From assembly GCA_030141605.1 (NCBI GenBank), contig JAQGDQ010000026.1, forward strand, positions 434,001 to 498,000: a stretch of DNA of 64,000 nt. Direction: 5' to 3'. The stretch is from Tubiluchus corallicola. Lineage: Eukaryota; Animalia; Priapulida. How positions within the stretch are numbered: the stretch's first letter is position 1; every line of letters begins with the position of its first letter. Below are positions 40,080 to 52,095 of this stretch, one piece after another. The notes beneath the pieces were generated by a model. It worked only from the letters and a program-made list of their open reading frames with translations. It was not told the origin of the DNA and searched no databases. The translations under genes and the position numbers were made by a program.

Positions 40080-43000
40080 ATGTTGTATTTAATCGGATTA
40101 GGTTTGGGTGACGTAGAGGACATCACCGTGAGAGGACTGAAAACAGTTCGAAATTGCGAAAAAGTGTATCTAGAAGCTTACACTTCCATACTAACTGTTG
40201 GAAAAGATGCTTTGGTAAAGTACCTACACTATAGTTTTAGGCCTACTATGGCCTATATATTTTGCCAAGATAACGTTAGTATAACAGAATGTTTTGGATT
40301 TTAGCAAATACAAAGCTCAAGCTTTGACATCTTTTGAAAACGTTTTGACATTTTTACTATTTCCATTTTTTGCTTTGACAAATAGCAAAAAATGGAAATA
40401 GTAAATGAAAAAACTATAGCAAAATCGAAGTACGTCAATCGTAGATTCATTGAACAAAATATAACTCCAGTAAAAATAAAGAAAATGGGTCAGCGATACA
40501 CAATAAGAATAATGCTGAATTTTTTTCCAGACTGTGTGAATATTCTGTGAAATAGATGTCAAACCGAAAGATGACTAAGAGATAAATTTACAAACTAAGA
40601 ATACAAAATTTCTTTCTAAATTTCATTAACTAAATAGAATAGTTGCCAAGTAAATAGAGATGAAATTTTTTAACTGCAGTGTGCAATGTTTGTCAAGCTA
40701 AGATTTCAGGAGGGAGACTATTAAAAAGCTTGACATCATTATGGTGTAGAGAGTTCAAGCTACATTGAGTCTTGAACCTATTTTGAAAGTAGAAGCCTTT
40801 TTTTGAAGATCTCGTGGAGTATGGATGGACGTCGTTTATTTTTAGAAAGTAATTCTTATATATACCTGGCAAAGTGCCTGTTTTGTACCAGTTAGTAACC
40901 TGGCAAGTTAGTACAAACAACTATATATAGACAACACATTCTGCATCTGCTTTTTAATTACAGCATACTAACAGCTCAATGAACATAACATTGTGATATC
41001 ATTCATACCAATAGTAGTTGAATTGCTGCATACTGACACTAAATTTTTGTGTGAACTGATTTTATATGACTCACATTTATGTTATTTACTATTTTAGTCA
41101 TACATTAGATGTTTTTGAAATATCTTAAAAAATTTAATGCTGTCACATATTTTAGTGCAGTGTCTTGTTCTGCTTCGTTTGTTATAAAAATTACTTTCTG
41201 TTTTCTGGGGGGGGGGGGTCTTTAAGTACACTAGTCCACTATAAAGGACTGTAGATGCAAGTTATATAATTAGGCAAAGTTATCTAAGCCGTATGTTTGT
41301 GAAACTGAAAGTTGCTGAAAAAAACATCATTAGTGGTGATACTGTTTATTAAAAAATAAAACAAGAATTACTTTTTATTTAAACTAATTACAGCTATGGA
41401 TACCATTTGCTGAAATTGTAACAGGGTTTTTGCCAAGCCAGAATTTTTTTAGTTTTCTCCTCTTAATCTCTACATCGGGCATATTGCTCAAGACTCCCAT
41501 ATTTGGTGCTTAATTCACGCTTCCATACATAAGCTCGCAAATCTCACACATTCTCTACTAATCTACTTTTCTAGTTGTGGTGTATGTTAATAAAATGTCT
41601 CGCACATTTTCTAAAGACATTCTTTAAGTTTGTTGATCTTATTTCTCAAACTTTATGTGGAAATTAAGCTACCCTTAAAATAGCCAAACAAGTTCGAGAC
41701 TAGCACATCAAATTCCTTAAATGTAGTATGCCGTTTTTAGTTGATTTATAGTGTCAAATGTGCTGTATATTAGCCCAATGATAAATCTGTTGCAGCTAGC
41801 TAATAAATTTTTTACTCTAAGGTTAAAACCTTAGCCTTACGAAAAAAATTTGCAAAGACCTGCAAAATGGGCAGAATTCAACAGTAATTGATTCGCTGTC
41901 AGTGTTTTGCTTGTATTCTTTGTATTCTGCATTATACTGGAACTTAGTTTGTGAAATTTTGCGGGACAGCTCATATTTCGCATTATGCATTCTATTGTTA
42001 CTTCTACAATTCCTAAAGTAATCTTTATTTTGCAGGAAGAATTTTATGGCCGACCCATTCTTCTAGCTGACAGAGAATTTGTGGAACAACAAGTTGGTGA
42101 GGCCACTAACATGATATTTTGTAATAACAATTTTGCTTCGGGCTTTCATTATCGTTTCATTTTGGTTGAAACCTATTAAAAAGAAAGCAGCATTAGCCAT
42201 AGCTCATAGCTCATTCTTTTGTTTTCAAAATTGTAAGATAATTTTAGTTTGTTATTTTTGTTGCAGATGTTATGCTTGAGGAAGCTAAAACCAGTGATGT
42301 AGCTTTTCTCGTTGTTGGAGATCCATTTGGGTAATGCATCTTCGATGTTGGCTTTACTGACTTGCTTCCTTCTGTAATGTCTAGCACCTTGTTACGGTTT
42401 AATACTTTTTGATGGTTTTGTATGGGACCCGGTTCAACATGTTGCAAAATTTAATAAACTACTTAGGCTTGCTTTCCTAAATTAACGCAAGTTTTCTTAG
42501 ATTTGTTGTCTGATGTATTATAGCGCCACCACTCATTCTGATTTGGTACTACGAGCTCTCAAAAATGGAGTTACATACAAAGTGATACACAATGCTTCGA
42601 TTGTAAATGCTGTGGCATGCTGTGGATTACAGGTAAGCTATAAAAACAGTCGAATAGTGCTTTCAAATGAGTTTCGATTTTTATAAAAACTATTTCTATT
42701 GATTTTATTTTAATTTGCAGCTTTTTGCGTATTTTGGTTTTTTCAGCTATATAACTTTGGAGAAACAGTCTCAATTGTTTTCTGGACAGAGACGTGGAAG
42801 CCAGACAGCTACTTCGACAAAATCATGGTCAACAGGGAAAATGGTTTTCACACCCTTTGTTTATTAGGTGTGAATTAATTATTTAATTAATATCAGTTGA
42901 ACTAGAAATAAAAACCAATAATAATTTTTATATTTTCTGTTGCCATTTACTGCTGTGTATGGATGTTATTAATGTCAAGTTTCATTCCAGTAACTTTTTT

Positions 43001-44924
43001 TTACTTTCACTCTTGTGCAGTACAAAAATTAGATAAAATTTTTCAGAGTTTCTAAGTTAGTATTGGTTTTGTATGTTTACTGTAAAGTGCACCATAAAAA
43101 ATACAATATTACCACGTTATATAGTCAGTATGAGATGCACAATCTGTGAATTTAGCAAATCTGTAAATTATGCAAATTTTTTTCACAGCTGTATAATGCA
43201 GTACTTAGTGTAATATTGAAACTTGTGTAACATCCGCTGTTGTGCAATATTTTATTTTTGTAATTATTTTGGTTTTTCTTTTTAGATATTAAAGTTAAAG
43301 AACAGTCAATTCAGAATCTAATGAAGTAAGTTTTATTACATTCAGTATATCTAGTAAAGTTTGAAATTCACAGGACTCAGATTTACTGGTTTAGTTGGTA
43401 GACATTTTGCACGAACTTAGCTAATTGCTAAATCATTGTGAGTATAATTAACTTTGTATTAAATCATTGTGAAATGTGGTGTTTTATTAAAATTTTGTGA
43501 AGCACGTTTTATTAAAATGTGATAATGCACACTTTTTCAGCAAAATTTTGGGTATTTCGCTTCTTGGCGAAACATTGAGGTAATATAAGGGTTTTTTTAA
43601 GTATTATTAGCTATTGTAACAACGATTAATTTTGAAGGGGAAAGAAAATCTATGAACCACCAAGATATATGTCAGTGAACCAAGCAGCAACACAGCTTTT
43701 AGAGATTATTGAAAATAAAAAACAAGAATGTGCAAATTTGTGTAAGTATTTACTATTTTTTGTTCATTAAAAATCCAACTTAAAATAATATCCGACTGTA
43801 AAGTATAGTGTCGTCAGGAAAGTATGTCTATAAGTCTATAAAGTACATAGGAAGTAATTTTGGCTCTCTGACATTCACATGGTCATGACCATACCTCAGC
43901 TGACACAGTTCAACTTCCCTAGCAATTGCCTGCTCACAGGCTTTCTTTACAAGCCATACAGCAGTGGCGCCCAGCAAACATATACATTTGTAACCCAGTA
44001 TCACTTTGTCTTGTGGGTCATGTTTCAAAATATACCTAATGTCATTTTTTCTGATATAAATGATACATATCTATACTGTCTTTGCTTCTTTAAATACAGA
44101 AAAAATTCAGTTTAAAATCCTTAGAAACATCTGTTAAATGGTCAAAGATCACCACATTTTTGCTGCAGCCTCATTTGAACATGTACATATACATAAACAT
44201 GTACATATACACATACATATATACATATACATAAACATATTTAACCATATACCAGAATATGCAAGAAATTGCAATTTGCCTGCAATTTGTAAAAGGTCAA
44301 GAAAGTGGACCCCGCTTTAACCCTTTAGCCCTCTTTACTTACCATAAATAATTGTTTTATCCTACAGCTGATTTCCGCCAGTTGGCATTGAGTAATTGAG
44401 TGGAAAATATTGAACTTTTAGCCTTAACCGACTTCTCATTAGCAGGAGATTAATTATTGGTTAACACACCAAATTCTTTTCATCACTTTCATTCCTTACT
44501 GACCACAAGACTATCTTATTTTTAAGGTGGAATATGAAGGCTTTCTATGTGGATAGATGGAGGTATAATTTCTTAGGAGCCTCAGCAACTTTTAACCTTC
44601 TTTATAATTCATAAATTAAACAATCCATAAGTCACAAGTTACTATTATTATCGTTTTATTTTAGGTATAGACAAGGAAACGATCTGTGTTGGATTGGCTA
44701 GAGTAGGAGCAGATAGCCAGAAGATTGTTGCTGGTACTTTGGAACAGATGACTACTGCCGATATTGGTGAACCCATTCATTCTTTAGTAATTTGTGGTTA
44801 TATGCATCCAATGGAACTTGAAATGTTGAAAGAGTTTGGCATTGATAGAGCAATGTTTGACAATATCTTACAACACAGGTTTGATGATCAACCTTGGCTT
44901 CAACAAAGCGAGACAACAAAATAG
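40080..44924 (+). CDS. DPH5: Diphthine methyl ester synthase (297 aa)
   Basis: Exons 40080-40214, 42036-42096, 42267-42330, 42524-42632, 42747-42867, 43286-43325, 43638-43741 and 44665-44924, all GT-AG and in phase. Motifs [103 protein letters not shown] and GEPIHSLVI are DPH5 signatures. Confidence 0.97.
40660..40890 (-). mobile_element. LINE 3' fragment in DPH5 intron 1 (antisense)
   Basis: [23 protein letters not shown]...[25 protein letters not shown] fits the H.Y.TR...KLWNSLP..I C-terminal pattern of CR1/L2-group ORF2. Confidence 0.7.
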
Positions 44925-46655
44925 CAAACTTGATGTTGTGCAGTTACATGTGCAGTGATGTCAATATATTTATCTGTGTTTCGAAGTTGCATACATATAA
45001 TAGTATATAATTTGGCAAGCCGCACTGTGAGAAATAAAAAATTGTTTGTTAACCAATACCATGCACCTTGTGTCATACCTCAGGATGCAAACTGATAAAA
45101 TTGTCAAGATGTATGGAGAAATTTTGTTTTTTGTTGCAACAACAAGGAGATCATGTAGAACTGGTTTAGACATATGCTGGTATTTGTACAGTAATTTGTG
45201 TAAACTAGGTGTTGTATTTCCTATGTGCTCAAATAATTATATTATTCCTAGTAAGATGTTTTCCATGAGCATCACCAATCACCAATTTAAAGAGTGATGT
45301 AAGGCTGTAAAAGTTCACTGAGAATGTAAAGAACTGTACTATGGGACATGCTACCTATTGGTTATAGAAACTGAGCATATTGATCTAATTACTCGACAGT
45401 GGAAAGCTAGCTGAGCTGTTTATTGTGGTTCAATGAATGATATGCTGTACAGCAGGTGAAACTATTTTGTCGATGAACAGACTTAGCTTTCAAATTTTAA
45501 TTGGCGAGAAAATTATGAAATAAGTTGACAAAAATTTAAGGGACAAATGACACATTTTGTAAGTGGCAAGAAGTAATGATTAATACACTAAAATTCAAAA
45601 TTACTGTTTTAAAATCATAACGCTAAACATCCGGACAAAAAACTTACTAACAGTAATAGTGGTTTAACAATATTCTCTAAGCTTGAGACCTTATCCTTGT
45701 AAACTCAGCTTCAAGGTTAAAATACTATTATATGGTTTAAAGAGGCACAGTGCTACTTTCAAAAAAATTTACGTTACTGCCACCCTTCTATAAATGCTAA
45801 CATTCGAGAAGTCCTTCCCCTGAGAAGTACAGTAATTGCTTATTAACTGTGGCAATGTCAGTGTCGCAAAGGACATTGCTGCATTTTTAATGATACTTTT
45901 GTCTTGGCTTCCACACTTATGCTAACTAAAATAAGAGAACAAGTTTCTCTTGCTGCAGTGGGCAGCAGCAGAGAATTCTTGATTTATTTGTGTTTTTAGG
46001 ATACTTTTAAATAAATGTGTGCTTGCATAGCAGAAACGTCTACAAGTCAGGAACTAAGCTTTTCTAGTTATTCAGATATCCTGAGGATTATTTTAATACG
46101 AAGTTCAGCGTTCTACGTTATTTCTAAGCTGAGATAATCCATATTAAATGTGAGGTGCGTGCTACACACTGAAAAACATAACCTTGAGAAAAATCGCTGT
46201 TAAAGTTAACCATTGTTTTTTGTTGCATTTCTACAAAACACTTAGCAAATGCACAAATGTTGGTTGCTATGGACTTTGCAAAAACACGTTGAACTTTTGT
46301 TTATATCCTGTAGATGGTTCATCCTGATGAAGATCTGGGCTTGGCAGCAAAAAAGATCCAAAGCAAAATGACTGCTTCCACGTGCTATTATCGGAGTCGG
46401 AGTTTGAGAATAAAATTTTTTACAATTGCAGTACTAGTTTCTAGCCAGAAAAATGGGAACGGGGTTATAAAATTAGATGTTTAGTTTTTTTTATACTAGA
46501 TACTAGAATATAAAACTCCAATATGTTTAGCGCTTCTATTTATAAAATACAAAAAAATTGACAATTGACCAAATTTCTACTTTGAAGCACCATATATATA
46601 TATATATTTGCCCAGAAACTTACCATCACATATCAAATTAAAGCATCATATTTAT

Positions 46656-46687
<32 letters not shown>

Positions 46688-46805
46688 CATGCGTGGGTGC
46701 GTGCGTGTGTGTGTAAAGATACATTAAACGTAGTTATAGTAATGTGCTGCATAGAAATTAATTTTTATCTCAATGTACAGAACTTCCTAAAGGCTAAACC
46801 AGTTC

Positions 46806-47385
46806 GTAATAACTTAAAAGGTTTTTCTTACTTTAGTCCGTTTTGACTAGTGTAATTGGAATAGATATTTAATAGCTTAAAATGTTTTTCTTACTTTAGT
46901 CCGGTTTGACTAGTGCAATTGGAATAGATATTTAATAGCTTAAAATGTTTTTCTTACTTTAGGCCAGTTTAACTAGTGTAATTGAAATTGATATTTAATA
47001 GCTTAAAATGCTTTTCTTACTTAAGTCCAGTTTGACTAGTGTATTTGAAATAGATATTTAATAGCTTAAAATACTTTTCTTACTTAAGTCCAGTTTGACT
47101 AGTGTAATTGAAATAGATATTTAATAGCTTAAAATGTTTTTCTTACTTTAGTCCAGTTTGACAAGTGTATATGAAATAGATATTTAATAGCTTAAAATGT
47201 TTTTCTTACTTTAGGCCAGTTTAACTAGTGTAATTGAAATAGATATTTAATAGCTTAAAATGTTTTTCTTACTTTAGTCCAGTTTGACAAGTGTATTTGA
47301 AATAGATATTTAATAGCTTAAAATGTTTTTCTTACTTTAGTCCAGTTTGACAAGTGTATTTGAAATAGATATTTAATAGCTTAAA
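46806..47385. repeat. Tandem minisatellite, 63-bp unit, about 9.2 copies
   Basis: Unit TTAATAGCTTAAAATGTTTTTCTTACTTTAGTCCAGTTTGACTAGTGTAATTGAAATAGATAT; units start at about 46806, then 46869, 46932, 46995, 47058, 47121, 47184, 47247, 47310 and 47373 (partial). Confidence 0.97.
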
Positions 47386-48314
47386 GTATTTTTATTTTTA
47401 CTTCAGTGTTTAGGTTCAAAATGGCACATTACAGTTTCAATGTGATATCAAGTCAAATAATAGCAAATGTGCACGGATAAAACTACAGCAATGTATCATA
47501 TGCAATATGTTGGCAGGCATTGTTAGTTGTTGTTAAAATAGCTTTATCATGCTGTTAGCATTATCCTGTTATGTATTATGATAAATCCATTTTATAGTAC
47601 AGATCTAAAGATTATGTAAAATTAGAACATAAACCCGGTAATTTTGTAACTGTGTTATTAATGTAAGATGTTTAAGATAGTAGTGTGTTTTAGAGGCACC
47701 TTGCAGAATGTAAATTCTTATATTTAAAGTCATTCCTGTTAGGTCATTTAAACAGCGTCTGTGCACGTCTTTATCAAACTTCTTTGATACTATTACTTAA
47801 TGCAGTGGTCAATGTGAAAATAGTTTAGTATACAGTCAACAACTGAAATAGTTAGATACGAAGTGCATGATATATATTTCTGCAGTGATTGTTGTAACCG
47901 TGCATTTGTCTTTACTATGAAAAACCTCAGCTAAAGGTTGTGAATGAAACACCTCTTTTATGTGTGATGTTAATTTTTAAGTATGATGAGGCCTGACTAA
48001 AGAAGAACAGGGATTAGTTAAATTGCTCATCACTGTCATTATTTATGTGTTCATTTATGTAAAATATTAGGTTCTAGAATGTAGAAAACGTTAATAATTT
48101 GTGTTATAGTTGCTTGAACATATATTACGAGTTTTATGTGCTGCAATTTATGTATCAAAAGTGAAGTTAACATTACTAGAATATAGAGATTTTGAGATCA
48201 TGGCATGTAGAAAGTAACCATTGAAAATAGCTGAAGCGAGCCACCAAAGCACTTATACTAGTGAGTTAGATATCCTTAAGTTTAACAAGACACATAAGCA
48301 AACAAGAAAGCTAT

Positions 48315-48385
48315 TAATTGTAATTATATTATAATATATATAATAATATATATAATTGTAATTATATTATAATATATATATAATG
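48315..48385. repeat. AT-rich short tandem duplication
   Basis: TAATTGTAATTATATTATAATATATATA occurs twice in close succession. Confidence 0.75.
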
Positions 48386-50080
48386 AAATTTGGGTGATAT
48401 TAGCAGTTTTGAGAATGTAATGAAAAAAACTGAAATCATTAATTTGGTTTTTGAGATAAAGTCGATTAAAATGAATTGCATCTTAATGTATTTTCCATTA
48501 TTTCAGTTTAATTACTTTGGAAAAAATGTAATTATGACGTTACGAATTATGAATTCATTCCATCATTAGTGATCAATAATTATAAATTATTATTTAAAAA
48601 AATCAAAACATTTCAACATGTCTGGTGTCGTCCTCAGTTGCCCAAGAAATGTTGAAACGTTTTGTTTTAATAATATGAATAGTCATTCTGCGTGTAAAAT
48701 TTTCATTCATACTGATATTTCCCAAAGATAAATCTGCTTTTATTATTATCATTGTTGTTTGTTGTTGTTTTTACAATTAGGCTTGATTGCAAGAATGAAT
48801 ATTAGTCGTTATACTTTGTAGTTTAAATGGTTTTATTTACTGTTTAGCAATATCTAGCATCAGCATTTTATTAATTGTCGTAAATAGCGTTATTTTTCAG
48901 TTTTAGTGGAGCTGTTATTGCATTTTTACTAAGTCAGCGCAAGTAGATTGTGAATTACGTATAGCTCTGTTCATAGACTGTATTATCACTTTAAACATAT
49001 ATGATTCTATATAGTACTCCCTTTAGGGAAAGTCCTGTTAAGTTATAATTAGTTTATTGTAAATAATTACTATTGACAAGTGTTTGTAGATAGATGGTAA
49101 TTAGAAATACTATTATTATCAATGTGTACAAGGACTCTAGTGCCATCAAATTTACATTGTTAATTTGTTATTGTCTTAATGTTAGAGTCACAGTTAACAG
49201 TGCAACTCTAAATTTCATAATTATTCATTTTTATTGACCTATCGCAGTTATATACCAATAAATGATTAACAGGGGACTTAGTGACAGTGTTTACACACAA
49301 GCTAGTTTGGTATATGCTGCCAGAAATTTACCATTGTACTTATCAAATTAAAGCATCATACCTATTTAATAGTATCGAAATTAGATTTATTTACCAAGCT
49401 TTAATTAACTACACAATATACAGAATGAACACTGGATGTAAAATACCTTACTTCCTTAAAATATGAAATACGAATGTCTTTCTGAGTCTAATTAGGAAAG
49501 GTTTCACTCTGGTCTTGGTTATTTCTAGCGTGAATCAAGCTTTAAAGAGATCAAACAACTACACCATTGTATGTTTACAGATGCCTATACGTGAAAACAG
49601 TATTGATCAAGTTCTGTTTTTTGAAATCACTTTCCTTAGTGCTTCCGTAAATGCTTTCTGTACAGTTCCAATATTCTATTTTTGTGAGAAGTGGCAAAAA
49701 AGTCTATGTTTTCATGTTATCAAATAAATGTAATTTTTTTTTTCTTGTACATGTAGTTAATTTTTTATGTATCCATAAGCATAAAGTTATTTATTTTTTG
49801 GCGAACAAAACTTATGTGAAATATCATAGTTGTACACACAATGCACCACTCAACTCAATGAAGATACGTTATCAATACATATGCGCATTCTTACCTTCCT
49901 TATTGTAACTTGTTGTGGCTAAGTCACATGTAAAAAACGTTATATTCATCCTAAAACAAGTACAATCATTGAAAATGTCTATGATGTTCAATTATGATCG
50001 TGATGTTTGAATGTGTTTATAATGTAAGCTAAGAAATGTATATATATATACCAATGGTAAATAAAGTATTTTTACTTGTA

Positions 50081-50454
50081 CAGGGTATTTCAAAATAAAC
50101 AGCAGTGAAAACATGTTGATATGTTGAAATATGCTGACCAAATTACAAAGAAATGCAGTTGAATATTAAGTCACATAGTAAGAGATTATACTACAACAAC
50201 TGCTGGTAGTGTGTGCTGTTAACTTCTAGACATGAATGGTAGTAACGCTGCAAGCTATAAAAAACGGCTCAAGTCTATCAGATTTGATGGTCGGAATGCC
50301 ACTGATTAATGTGTGCAGTTGTGCTTCAATTCTTCGATGGATTGTCCTGCATACTTCGAGCTTTTCAACTTATTTCACAAACAAGTCTAGAGGCTTAAAT
50401 AGGCGCTAGCATATCAACATATTTTCTACTGTACAGTTTTTTTGGAACAGCCTG
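50081..50454. mobile_element. Degenerate Tc1/mariner-like MITE
   Basis: TA|CAGGGTATTTCAAAA at left versus TTTTGGAACAGCCTG at right (reverse complement CAGGCTGTTCCAAAA). The right flank is TG rather than TA. Confidence 0.4.
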
Positions 50455-52095
50455 TGTTTTCAAGCTATAAATTTCAGTTGAATGAGCTGATTCACATGCT
50501 GTATCATATTTCTTACGAATTCAGCCCATCAACTAGTTTCGAGTGTTTTTCACACGCAAAAACGCAAAGAAATCTAAACTGGCAAAATTTTCTATACATT
50601 TATTTAATAACAAGTTAACTAGCAAACAGCGGTGTTTCAAGAAATCAGTCATCGTTTTGGTCCAATCTAGTTAATTGCTGTTGTTCTAAGGCTACAATGT
50701 GATAAACAATTTCTTATCTAAAGTTGGCCACAACAGTTCTATTAACCCTTCAGACACCTAACAAACCTACCAAACTTTCAATTTATAATACTGAAATAAA
50801 TAACAGCCCAACATGAAACAATTAATAATACTTGAAAAAAATTAAAATAATAACATTAAGAATAAGAAAAACAACTCACTGCAAAAACTTGTCATACTCT
50901 AAAGTTCAAGCAGAAAATTATATCAGCAGGACTCTTCATTAAATCGCCTGGCTTTCCTAGTCCTGGGATATTACACACAATACAAGGTCAATCCCCTGTT
51001 CACAATTTGCATTTGACCAAGTTATGCATGAACTACATGGTGTAGCCTTTTGATAATTTGGGGATAAGATGAGGATAGGGTCAAAGGTCAGGCCTGGGGG
51101 CATATCCAGAAACTCAACAGCTACAGAGCAATGGTGGGCATAGCTGGGGAGGATCTGCATCAGCTCAATGCAAAGAATTAGAGTGGTCTGGCACCTACTG
51201 ACAACCAAACCCATAGACACAGCATTTTACTCCGTCAAGATTTTAAGGTGTCAAACATGAGAGTGAGGGCACCTGCAGCAGCACCGATGTTCTGATTTTA
51301 ATTTAAAACACCATGCCAGACTGACAAATATACGGGATAGACTGTTCCTACCAGAGCAATAAAAGACAGCCGTGGCATTAAAATAATTCAACGTTGCAGG
51401 TAAGACAGTAATAATTGTATGTGAGCCTCCACAACAGGAGACTGATTTTGATTTTAGATCAAGAAATTCATTTCATGTGTTTATAATCGCATCCTCAGGA
51501 AGATAATGAGTTACACAAAAGCTGCCTCGTTTGAATAGCTTAATTACGCACATGATCTAATTAAAAATTTGCAGCAATTATATAATCAGATAATTCAGTT
51601 GGATACTATATGGCTAAATGAGCACAAACTCATTTATTTACAATAGCTATTTACAAGAATGTGGTTTAAAAGTAACATAAATAAGTGCTGAGAACAAAAA
51701 GTAAGCGCTTCCTGAGTATCTGACATGGTCTAATTCTCCTGAAATAACTTTCTTAAACTGTGCTTCATTATTTTAAATTATGAATGTTAGCAAAGTATGG
51801 AAGATTAGATGACTATATATATAAAGTGTATAAAGACATTCACAGATAAGAACATTTTTGAAAATTTGTATTAGAAAAACATTACAGTGATCCTAACTCG
51901 TTAATTTTATTAAAAATAGTCATGATTCTATAATTGTTGTTAGTTGTTAAAAAGTCACAGCATATAAACTACCATGACTATTTTGCTGCATGATGCCTAT
52001 CCAAAAATTATTTTCTAACAGACGTCCAAACACATAACTAGCACATGCGCAAGCACATACCATAAATAATACCACTCCTGTGCAAAAGTAATTTC

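Noticed and set aside
40317-40570. Possible MITE in DPH5 intron 1 (TTTGACATCT...AGATGTCAAA)
   Set aside because: Only a 10-bp perfect inverted match and no TSD; insufficient to call.
46806-47385. CRISPR-like array
   Set aside because: Units are similar over their whole length with no unique spacers; the context is eukaryotic and there are no cas genes.
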